Of a stretch of DNA of 64,000 nucleotides, positions 1 to 10,891 are shown piece by piece. The stretch's first letter is position 1. Every line of letters starts with the position of its first letter. A program made the translations under genes and the position numbers. The notes beneath the pieces were generated by a model. That model had not been told where the DNA came from. It made no database searches and worked only from the letters and a program-made list of their open reading frames with translations. The stretch is from Azolla caroliniana. Lineage: Eukaryota > Plantae > Polypodiophyta. Location of the stretch: NCBI GenBank assembly GCA_043228905.1, contig JBHGNT010000004.1:8122001-8186000 (forward strand), read 5' to 3'.

Positions 1-2
1 AA

Positions 3-980
3 GTGAACGTGGCATCCGACACTGCCGGTGAGCTGTGGCACAAAAGGCTGTGTCACATGAGCGAGAAGGGGATGAAGAGGCTTGCAAACGACAACCTCAT
101 TCCAGTGAAGAACGTGCACTTGGAGAAGTGCACTGATTGTCTGGCCGGTAAGCAAAACCGGACCTCCTTCCGATCGAGGCCACCGATGAGACGTAATGCA
201 CCACTGGAGTTGGTGCATACTGATGTGTGTCAAGTGGACACGAAGTCACATGCAGGATTGCAGTACTTCGTGACGTTCATAGATGATCACAGTCGGAAGT
301 TGTGGGCCACACCGTTGAAGACGAAGGATCAGGTGCTATCCGTCTTCCAAGAGCTCCACGCGAGAGTGGAAAGAGAAACCGGCCGGAAGCTGAAGGTGGT
401 TCGAGCAGATAACGGAGGTGAATACCGGGGGCAGTTCGAGGAGTACTGTCGCTCGAAGGGAATCCGGCTCAAATTTACCGTGCCGAAGACGCCGGAACTA
501 AACGGGCTGGCCGAGAGGATGAACCAGACCATAATGGAGAGGGTCCGAAGTATGCTGGCGCATGCAAAACTACCCAAGAAGTTTTGGGCTGAGGCACTCT
601 CGACGACGACATATGTGATAAACAGATCACCCTCAATACCCTTGGACGGAGACACGCCACAGAGAGTATGGACCGGTAAGGAAGTGTCCTATCGGCATCT
701 GAAGGTGTTCGGGTGTCTCGCGTACGTGCATGTAGCTAAGGATCGGAGAGGAAAGTTAGATCCAAAGACCCGGCCATGCATATTCCTCGGTTATGGCGAC
801 GATGAGTTCGGCTACCAAGTGTGGGACCCGGTCGACAAGAAGGTATTCCGGAGTCGAGATATTATCTTCATGGAGGACAAGACGCTCGCCGACTGGGAGT
901 CGGAGAAGAAGATAATGAACTCTGAGTCGACCGGTAAGGATCGATTCTACGATGAGCAGACCCAACCGGCAAGAGACTAG
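3..980 (+). pseudogene. copia Pol fragment: GAG-pre-integrase plus integrase core
   Basis: LWHKRLCH, LELVHTDVC, FIDDHSR, RADNGGEY, PELNGLAERMN, RGKLDPK motifs; premature TAG at 978-980. Confidence 0.92.
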
Positions 981-2958
981 TTAGCACTCGAGGAACCGGC
1001 CGGTTACGGTGAGGATACCGAACCGGCAGAAGAAGAAGTAGAGGAACCTGAAACCGGAACCGGCCAAGACCCCGAATCGGATTCGGATGAAGAGCAAATG
1101 GAGGAGCCGGTTACCGAAGCCCAAAGACGGAGATATCCTCTCAGAGAGAGAAGGGCCCCCCAGAGATATCCGGATGTAGAGCATGTGCTGCTAACCGATG
1201 AGGGGGAGCCAGAAAGCTTCGAAGAAGCGAAGGATGACACCCACAGCCGAAAATCGTTAAGTGCCATGCAGGATGAAATGGATTCCCTGCATGAGAACCA
1301 TACATACGAATTGGTGGAGTTGCAGAAAGGAAAGCAGGCATTCCGGAACAAGTGGGTGTACAAGTTGAAACCAGGAGATGTCGGCAACCCCCCGAGATAC
1401 AAAGCCAGGATCGTGGTAAAGGGGTTCCAGCAGAAGAAGGGCTCGTTGTATCCTTGACCCTTATCCCGGGTCTTCCTTCTTTCGCAAGTCGAGAGGGTGG
1501 CTCGCTCCACACCCTCTCCTGTGGTACCGACATAATGTGTTCCCGGCCTCTTCGTAGGCTTGCTCTCTTCCTCCCTCCCGGAATGGTTTTCCAGAAGTCC
1601 GCTCCGCCCGGTTCTCGTCCGGGTCCGTCCGTCATTCTCTGGATTGTCGGGTCCCGTTCTCCTGTCGCCACCGATCTCACCTATAGGACTCACGTCGGCA
1701 CTCGGGCCGACAGCCGGATCGGTGTAAGGAACTCCGTAGACCGGCCTTCATTCTCCTTTTCATCCCCTGTACTTCTCCCGAACTCGTCGACGCTTTCCTT
1801 GCTGCGTTCCCGCCTCCATCTTCCATCTCTTTCGGTCTCACGTTGCCACGTCGGCCGAACTGCCGAAGTCTCTGGATAGGATGTGGTCGTAACTGATTTC
1901 TCAACGTCTTTCGGCGACTCGTCTGGGCCACCGCCCCTTTTAGTGGTGTCGGTGGATAGCATCCGCTCTGTGATCAATCAAGCCCCACCTGAGCTTGATT
2001 CTCCAATGTCCGGAGTTTCGGCTCTGATGCCGACCTTGCCAGACTCGTTCCGAACCTTTGATCACCTTCCTTCCAATTCCCGATCTTCGCCCGATCGGTC
2101 TTTCTCCCCATGTAAAAGAGGGCGGCTCGTCCCGCACCCTCTCCCGTATCGGCACCTTTATGCCAAATCCGGCCCCGATCGAACAATCCACGACCGGATT
2201 ACGGTCCACCCGTATCGGAGCATCGCGCGGTTCGGTCCCCGGTCGGGTCGTTCCTTGGTCTCTTCGTCGACCTTGTTGTTGGCCATCTCCCATCCATCTT
2301 CACTGGCATTGTGCCAGGAATCCTCGGTACCGCCATCCATCTCCTCGGTCTTACATGGGCATATGGGCCCGAATGCCGGTGATTCTTGGCCTCTCGCCGC
2401 CGCCTTCCTCTGCTTGGGACTCACGTGGGCACTCAGGCCCGATTGCCATCGTCTCGGGAGCAAGTGTGGGAAGGCTCAAAGAATCTCCCGTCCGGTTTAC
2501 GCCCTTGTCCGTAGCCACCGGCTCTTTGTGGTTGGCGGTCATCTCCTTACCGATCGCGCAAGCCCCGTCTAGGCTTGCTTCTCCAATGACCGGGATTTCG
2601 GGCTGACACGCCCGACACCGCTGGTTCCAAGTTCCGATCCCGTGATCGGTATCTCGGCGTCGTCCTTGACCGTTCTATCTCCGCAAGTCGAGAGGGCGTT
2701 TTGTTCCGCACCCTCTCCCATGGTACCATCGTACCGATCTTCCGTCATCGCGTGAGGCAAGTCCGTCTCCTCAGTCTCGGCTTGCGGCCTCGATCTTTCC
2801 TCTTCCTCGAGCATCGCCTCGAGAGCTGCGTACGCCTCCGCAATCCTGGCCCCAACGCCGACCCTTGCCGACTCTCTTTGCCATTCGACCTCTTCCCGCT
2901 GTGATAGCACGTCGTCGCGCCCCTTCCTCTTAGCCTTCTCGGCTCACTCGTTGTCTAG

Positions 2959-3555
2959 TCATTGGCACACCCTTCCGACCTTCGACCAGTCCTCCGTAAG
3001 CCCATTCGCTCCGTCATCGTCTTCGAGCTCGATCCCAATGGCCTCCCATTCCGCTCGGTCGATCGACCTGATGAACAATAGGACTTTATCCGCCCCCACC
3101 AAACCTTGTTCCCGCTCCGGGAGCCGAGCAAGCCGTTGCTCGAACTCTCGGAATGCCTTCGTCACTCCCCGGTGGGTCTTTGCCGATGCTACCCACTGGT
3201 CGAAGTCGTGCCGTCCCCGGCTCTTCCGCCGTCCTCCATATGCCTGTAGGAGCGCCTCTTCAAAGGCCTCCCACGAACTATGAGCTTGTCGGAGCTCCTT
3301 CACTTCCATGTGCATACGAACGGCGACAGCCCGACAAAAGAACTCCAGCCTCAACGCTTCGTCCACGTCTCGCTCCTCCATTTCTGCGTTGTAGGCTTCC
3401 AAGTAAGATGGGACTTCGTCCCCGTTGAAACAGCCGACTCTTTCGACCACTCGCTCAATTGCTTGTTGCGCTGCTTCTCGCCTCATCACCACTCGTGCCG
3501 ACTCCAACACCAATTCGGCCACCATCGCCGTGAGGTCATTGTCTTTCGACTCCAT
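2959..3555 (-). pseudogene. gag (capsid-like) of element E1
   Basis: ATG just after the PBS; FNGDEVPSYLEAY...SWEAFEEALLQAY resembles a retrotransposon capsid; frame continues degenerately downstream. Confidence 0.7.
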
Positions 3556-3571
3556 CCTCCCTTGCCGCCTT

Positions 3572-3588
3572 TCACGTCGGGTTCACCA
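3572..3588 (-). promoter_or_regulatory. Primer binding site complementary to the tRNA-Trp 3' end
   Basis: Minus strand reads TGGTGAACCCGACGTGA, the complement of ..UCACGUCGGGUUCACCA (plant cytosolic tRNA-Trp end, recalled, not searched); 4 nt from the LTR. Confidence 0.8.
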
Positions 3589-4041
3589 AAGATGTCACGT
3601 TGTTAAGTGCGTGCGTGTAGAAAGGCGAGACCACGGGGGTCTTGGACTAGGGAGTGACGGAGCGTAGGAAGTCGTGCTTCACCCTTTCCGGGGCACCCCA
3701 GGAGCACACCGGAAGCAAGCGAGGGGAGAGAGAGAGAGTAAGCAGGCAAGCAACATTGACTCTCGCACGAACATGTACATAAGCAAGAAAGAAACACTAA
3801 GACACACACACGCACACCAACAAAGACCTGAATATGCACAACCAAATGTATATGTATTTACAAGACCACGAGATTCAACACCGACTTCAAGCCAGACCTA
3901 GGTCGCATGAGATACAACCGTTGTCAACTGCCAAGCCGTTGATCGGGGAGCTCTCGGGCTTGTCGCGCTGAGCGGGGTCTTGCACTGAGTACAGGGCAGA
4001 AAACTGGATGCTAGATGCCAAGGCTCAATGCACGGAAGGAC

Positions 4042-4075
4042 GAAGAAGAAGAAGAAGAAGAAGAAACCCTAAAAC

Positions 4076-4122
<47 letters not shown>
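4042..4122. repeat. (GAA)n, telo-box AAACCCTAA and (AG)n microsatellite cluster inside the E1 LTR
   Basis: Read directly from the sequence. Confidence 0.9.
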
Positions 4123-4132
<10 letters not shown>

Positions 4133-5610
4133 TGTCTCTCCGTCTAACGGTATACCCTGCTAATACAAAATGGGCAACCCTTCTACAAGGGACCATCCCT
4201 TCCTTTTATAGAATAAGGAGAGGGATGCGTTACAATGTGGGATACATCCCGATTTACATGGGATTCTTCATCCCGACTTAACTCCTATTATTCACACAAT
4301 TACACGAGGGTGAGTGCACATGGTGCACCCCGCCGATGTAGCCAATATTTCCCGGTTTCCGCCTCTGGACGAAATTCTTCACGACAAAGGTGACCTCGAA
4401 GAGGAGATCTACATGCAACAACCGGAAGGATTCGTGGAGAAGGGGAAGGAGCACCTGGTATGCCGGTTGAAGAAGAGCCTGTACGGACTGAAGCAGGCTC
4501 CCCGACAATGGTACCAGAAGTTCGACTCCTTCATGACCGACCAAGGGTACCACAAGACGTAGGCCGATCACTGCGTGTTTGTGAAGAAGTTTGAAGGAGG
4601 CGACTTCCTAATACTCCTTCTGTACGTGGACGACATGTTGATCGTCGGACGGGACCAAGCTAAAATACGGATGCTGAAGAAGGCTCTCAACCGAACCTTC
4701 GCGATGAAAGACTTGGGTCCGGCAAGACAGATGTTGGGGATGCATATCATCCGGAACCGGCCAGCGAAGCAACTGTGACTGTCACAGGAGAAATACATGA
4801 CAAAGATGCTTTAGCGGTTCAACATGTCAGATGCGAAACCGGTCAGATCGACACTTCCGGCAAACTGCAGATTATCCGGTAAGCAAAGCCCAAAGACGAA
4901 AGTAGAGAAGGCGGATATGATGAAGGTTCCATATGCCTCTACCGTCGGGAGCGTAATGTACGCAATGGTGTGTACCTGACCGGATATAGGATACGCAGTC
5001 GGAGTGGTAAGCCAGTTTATGAGCAATCCCGCCAAGGAGCACTGGAACGCGGTCAAATGGATACTCTAGTACTTGAAGGGCACTTCAAATATGTGTCTCC
5101 GATTCGGCTCCGGAAAACCTCAACTTGACGGTTTTACCGATTCGGACATGTCGGCTGATGTGGATACCAGCCGGTCTACATCCGGGTATGTAATGACATA
5201 TGCAAGGGGAGTTGTTTCGTGGCAGTCAAGGCTGCAGAAGACGGTTGCATTGTCAACCACGGAGGCGAAGTACATGGCGGCTGTGGAAGCCGGCAAGGAA
5301 ATATTATGGATGAAGGACTTCATCAGAGAGCTCGGTATCCGGCAAGATGAATACCAGCTCTATTGCGACAGTCAAAGTGTCATCCACCTTGCTAAGAATG
5401 CGGCCTACCATTCTCGGACAAAGCATATCCAGCGAAGGTATCACTGGATCCGGGAAAGAGTAGATGACCAGGAGTTCGCGCTGACGAAGATCCACACGGC
5501 CGAGAACGGGTCAGATATGCTGACCAAAGTGCTAATACCCGACAAGCTGGAAGCATGTCGGAAGCGGATCGGACTAGTAAGACATCCCATGCTGGAGTGA
5601 AGGGGGAGTT

Positions 5611-6226
5611 TGTTAGGAAACAGGTCCCTCCGGATGGTGAAGACCCGGTGAGAACCGGATGAAGAGTACCCGGCTACGGAGAGCCGGATGGTACAGACCC
5701 AGTGAGAACCAGATGACGAGTACCCGGCAATCGCCGGATGATGCAGGCTCGGTGAGGAGTGCTCACCGGATGAAGAGACATATTCGTAAATATGTTTCTA
5801 AGAGTCCATCGGGGCTATATCTGTAAATAGCCGAAAAGTCATATTAGTATAAATATGACTTAGGGCAAACTATGGAGATAGAGTGGTTGTCATTCTTGTT
5901 GGCGCTAGAAGAGAGTGCGCTTAACAGTGTACAGAGAGAGAGAGAGAGAGGAAGAGGTCGTTGCCTCTGTTGTAACCGCCGCCTGTGGCGAAGATCGTGA
6001 GCACGAGGTCGTTGCCTCCACGAGCTCACTGTTGTAATCATTGTGATATAGAGATAGTTTGGAGTCTGTGGACTCCCGTGGTTTTTCCCTCTCAAGGTTT
6101 TCCACGTTAAACATCATGTGTACTCTTCTCTCTTTTGTGTCGTGCATCCATTCCCGTTTTTCTGTGTATGTTTCTAAGCTCGGTTGTGGCCGAGCGTTGC
6201 GCATAGGGAGCGTGCAGTTCCTGTCA
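5611..6226 (+). repeat. 3' LTR of copia A1
   Basis: Follows the PPT; TG..CA ends; homologous to the LTRs at 8723 and 19953; CCGGATG-containing U3 repeats and TATA-like TATAAATA. Confidence 0.88.
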
Positions 6227-7327
6227 CTATTGTACATTGTGCTCTCTCTATTGTTAAGTGTTGTGTTGTTATTATGAGTGTGCCATTACATGTTGTTCTT
6301 TCATGTATTAAAATTGTTGTAAGCCCCGCTTGATAGTTTGTGCAGTAGGGGTAGAGGTTGATGGTCAACTTTGACCCGTGGTATTGACAAACTAAGGAAG
6401 AATCACTTTGGAAGATCTAGCAGTGTTTATGAGGAGGTGGAGTAAACATACACAAGAGAAGGAGAGGAGAAGCAAGAGAACAATCAAGATTTGATTGAAT
6501 AGGAGAATTAAGTCGAGGTTGGAGACTAATCACATGAAGATCATTGATATGTCATCATACACTTATTTGAGTGGCACATTGCATACAAGAAGCCCACAAG
6601 GGAATTAGATAACCTGCTAGCATGGATGATGAAGACAAGGCTAACTAAAGTGGATAATTTGTCGATGTTGAAGATCTACTGACATCAAGCTAATAATGTC
6701 CATTTCTCAGCCCATGATTGTGAAGATCGAAAGAAGTTGAGCAACACATAGGAGAACACCACTGCTTCTTGATGAGGAGAGTATATGACTTTTCACCTCA
6801 AGAAGTTTGAAGATGTAGAAGTATGATATGAACAACTTTGCTCTATATCAAAATTGAATTTGTAAAATTTTGATTCATTAAAGGTGGTCGTGAAAACTAG
6901 TTGATGAGTAGAGAAGATAAGGCTAAACTAGATCATTTGCATAAGTTGATGAACCACTTACATCTAGTTAATCATGTCGATTTCTAAATATTGCATTGTG
7001 AAGATTGGAACAAGACAAAGCACATGCATATGATAACTTTTGGAGAAACCCAAAGGGGAAACACATTGGGAGTTATGGTGATTTAATTCTTATGGACTTA
7101 TTTATGCGTTGTAGGAACTTATATGAGCAATCAAATGTCAAAAAGATGATGTATTATGGTTCTCTTTCGCATATGCCTCCATTCTTTTCTATTGAAGATG
7201 TCTACAGAAAGCTTAAGATTTTGGCCTCTCAAAAGGCAAGAGATCTTCAATGCATAAAGGTTGAAATGCTCAGATGGATAGGAAAGGAAGTAGGTGCTCA
7301 GTAATGCTCTCCTTATGAAGTACACGT

Positions 7328-7906
7328 TGTCACGTAATTACACGCGTGCATAAGAAATAAGGCGAGACCGCAAGGGCCCTGAACCAAGGAACGTGAGAGA
7401 GAGAGAAAGAGAAAGAGAAAGACTGAAACACAGAGAGACAGAATATGGAAGAATCGAATCCAATAACAATATAGATTATAGCTTGCAACGTTACAACCGG
7501 AAAACCGGTGATAAACTCTACACAAACGAATGCACGCCCTGAAATGCATGGTGGAGCCTCTATCGGAAGCACGCAGGCTTTCACGCAGCAGAGGCAGCCA
7601 ACAATGGTGGAGGAAAGAGCTTGGTTCCCAGTCTGACAACACTTTCCTCTCGCCAAAATGCGCAATGCCCCCTTGGGCCCTTTTTCTCTCCCTTTATAGC
7701 ACAAAGAGAGAGCCGTTTACAAACCGTTATATCCTTGTTATTCTCTTCGATTCCCTACTTAATGAACTAGTGCTACCTAGGATAGTTGCATCGCTAGCCT
7801 GTACTTAACTATGTATACAAATATATCAAAACATGTGCCCATGAGTAAGGGCCGGTTCACGCACACTATCCACTGATTTCTCCTAGGGACGGTTTTCTCC
7901 ACGACA
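7328..7906 (-). mobile_element. Solo LTR related to family E, without a matching 5-bp TSD
   Basis: Starts TGTCACGT..AAGGCGAGACC and ends CACGACA, like the E1 LTR; flanks CACGT / ACGTG. Confidence 0.8.
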
Positions 7907-9267
7907 ACGTGACAAAGGTGCTTCAGCGGTTCAACATGTCGGATGCGAAACCAGTTAGATCGACACTCCCGGCAAACTGCAGATTATCCAGTAAGAAAAG
8001 CCCGAAGACGAAGGCAGAGAAGGCGGATATGATGAAAATACCATATGCCTTTGCCATTGGGAGCTTAATGTACGCAATGGTGTGTACCCGACCGGATATC
8101 GGATACGCAGTCGAAGTGGTGAGCCGGTTTATGAGCAATCCCGGCAAGGAGCACTAGAATGCAGTAAAATGGATACTCCGGTACTTAAAAGGAACCTCAA
8201 CTATGTGTCTCTAATTCGGCTCCGGTAAACCCCAACTTGACGGTTTCACCGATTCGGATATGTCGGCTGATGCGGATACCAGCCGGTCAACATCGGGATA
8301 CATCATGACATATGCAGGGGGAGCTGTTTCGTGGCAGTTGAGGCTGCAGAAGACGGTTGCGCTATCAACCACGGAGGCGGATTACATGGCAGCCGTGGAA
8401 GCCAGCAAGGAAATATTATGGATGAAGGACTTCATCGGAGAGCTAGGGACCCGGCAAGAGGAATATCGGCTCTACTACGATAGTCAAAGTGCCATCCACC
8501 TTGTGAAGAACGCAACTTATCATTCTAGGACGAAGCACATCCAGTAGAGGTACCACTGGATTCGGGAGCGAGTGGAAGATCGAGAGTTCGTGTTGACGAA
8601 GATCCACACACAGGAGAATGGGTCAGATACGCTAACCAAGGTGCTGACACCCGACAAGTTGGACGCATGCCGGAAGCGGATCGGACTAACGAGGCATCCC
8701 ATGCCAGAGTGAAGGAGGAGTTTGTTAGGATCTCGGTCCCTCCGGATGGGATGATGAAGGCCTGGTGAGAATCGGATGTTGCAAGCCCGGTAAGAACCTC
8801 TCACCAGATGAAGGGACATGTATGTAAATATGCTCCAAAGAGCCCACTGGGGCTATATTTGTATATAGCCCGAAAGTCATATTAGTATAAATATGACCTA
8901 GGGCAAACTCTTGGTAGTTGTCATTATTTGTTGTATAGAGTTATTGGTGTAACTGTTGTATAGTGTGTAGCAGAGGGAAAAAGAGAGAGAGACAGAGAGA
9001 GTCTTTGTTGTAACCGCCGCCAGGTGAAGATTGTGAGCACGAGGTCGTTGCCTCTATGTTCCCCTGTTGTATTCTCCTTACATAGTGATAGTTCGGAGTC
9101 TGTGGCCTCCCGTTGTTTTTCCCGTTTAGGGTTTTCCACGTTAACATCTTGTGCATTCTCTTCTGTTTGTGTACTTACTTCCATTTCTCCATTTTTACTG
9201 TGTTTGATTATCATTAAGTTATCAAAGTCTCGGTTGTGGCCGAAGATTATTCCGCATATTCTCTATA
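7907..9267 (+). mobile_element. copia family A copy 2: RT 3' end, RNase H, PPT and 3' LTR (8723-9267)
   Basis: Close homology to 4797-6226; YAMVCTRPDIGYAV, ALSTTEADY; PPT GAAGGAGGAG at 8711-8720. Confidence 0.88.
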
Positions 9268-10891
9268 ATGCTAAAGACCAAGCATCTCCGAAAAATGTTG
9301 CAACTTGTCCAAGCCGAGAGGTTTGGTGAAGATGTCGGCAACCTGCCAATCCATCCAAACATACCAGAGTTCTATTTCACAATTGAGGACCCGCTCGCGC
9401 ACAAAGTGATAATGCGGTTCTATGTGCTTTGTGTGAGCATGGAACACAAGTTTCTTGGCTAGCTGCATATTGCTCATGTTGTCACAGTAGATCAGGATCA
9501 GGGTCGGTACCTCGATTCGGAGGTCTTGCAGCAGCCGCCGAAGCCAAATGGCTTCATAGGTGGCAACAGTAGCGCCCTGATACTTAGCCTCAGTGCTGGA
9601 TAGAGCCACAATTGGTTGCTTTTTGCTGCTCCACACAACAATCACGCTACCTAAAGAAAACATGAATCCAGAAGTGGACCATCGATCTGACGCATTTCCG
9701 GCCCAGTCGGCGTCTGTATAGCCGACTAGCTTCTCAGTTATACCATGTCGGTATAACAATCCCCAGTCCTTAGTGCCGCTAACATACCTCAATATTCGAT
9801 GCGCGCACTGAAGGTGCTCCATAGTCAGCTTCTACATGAACTGACTTATTGCTCCGACCCGATAGCTAATGTCGGGTCCGGTGATTGTCAAATAAATGAG
9901 GCTTCTAACAATTTGTCGGAACTGTTTCTCATCGCAAGCCGGTCCGGAGTCGAGATGAAGCTTTAGGTTTTGGTCCAGGGGTGTGGAGACTGGTCGGCAA
10001 TCCGTCAGGCCGAACTTGTACAGCATATTCAGCACATAATGTTGCTGAGATAACAATATGTCGTCGGGGATATGAATCACTTCAATCCCGATGAAGTAAT
10101 GAAGATCCCCCAAGTCCTTCATTTCAAATGCATTCGACAACTGGGACTTCACTCGGCCGATTTTAGCAAGGTCGGGTCCGGTGATGACTAGATCATCCAC
10201 ATATAGCAAGATACATACCTGTGAAAGTGTTTTTAGAATCTGTAAACGTAAGTGTTTGCGGAAGCGTAAAACAGAGAACAACACAGAGAGAGAGAGAGAG
10301 ACAGAGAGAGCGAGAGAGACAGAGAGAGCAGAACACAATTTCAAAATTATATCAAGACTCTGTATACACATTGTGCTAAGTAGCACTATTTATACAAGTC
10401 CTCTTGGGACTGACAGAAGTACCATGTACTTCAATGCTCACACGAGCATCTGACACTTACTACGAGACTATAGCTACCTAGTAGTCTATCCTATACTAGG
10501 CTTCCGATTGGACTTCCGGTTACGGATTGCACCCGGCCTCCACTGCTTGCCAGTTCGGTTGCTCACCGTCATACCGATCCGTTTCACCCGATCCGTCTCG
10601 CTTACCGACTCCAGCTTATTCAGCCGATCCGGCTCCGGTTGAGCTTGCCGCTCAACACTCCCCCTCAAGCTCAACCTGAGGTGGGGTCGTAGTGTCGACC
10701 TCTGTGGTAGTCGGTTCTTCCAACCGACTTCTCCTAGCGTCACTCCGCCTTGCTCGCGCTCCTCGTCCGGTCCGGTCCCGTTTGCCGCGACCCCTTTGGT
10801 TCTGCGCGCCTCGACCCTCTCGGTTGGCATGTCAGCTCAATAGGCCCATCTCAGCACTCACGTTGTTGTGACTCCGGCGCTTGCCGATCCG

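Larger units (their letters stand above)
1441..4386 (-). mobile_element. Ty3/gypsy-type LTR element E1, truncated (5' LTR, PBS and gag; no pol or 3' LTR visible)
   Basis: LTR 3593-4386 (TGTC..GACA), PBS at 3572-3588, then a retrotransposon gag-like ORF. Confidence 0.8.
1098..5600 (+). pseudogene. copia reverse transcriptase and RNase H, split by the E1 insertion and several stops
   Basis: KWVYKLK..YKARIVVKGF (to 1440), resuming GDLEEEIYMQQPEG, LYGLKQAPRQW, LLYVDDML, ALSTTEAKY, RTKHI (4389-5600). Confidence 0.9.
1..6226 (+). mobile_element. Ty1/copia LTR retrotransposon, family A copy 1 (5' part outside window; interrupted by element E1 at 1441-4386)
   Basis: INT-RT-RNaseH domain order; PPT AGGGGGAG at 5601-5608; 3' LTR TGTTAGG..CTGTCA at 5611-6226. 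Confidence 0.93.

Noticed and set aside
1004-2606. Many 170-230 aa ORFs on both strands as novel genes
   Set aside because: GC-rich TE interior; several cross the A1/E1 junction and none has domain motifs.
3572-3588. tRNA-Trp gene
   Set aside because: Only 17 nt of the 3' end including CCA, next to an LTR: this is a PBS.
7005-7304. 99-aa ORF as a host gene
   Set aside because: Non-ATG start, no recognisable motif, and it lies in decayed sequence; probably an old TE relic that I cannot classify.
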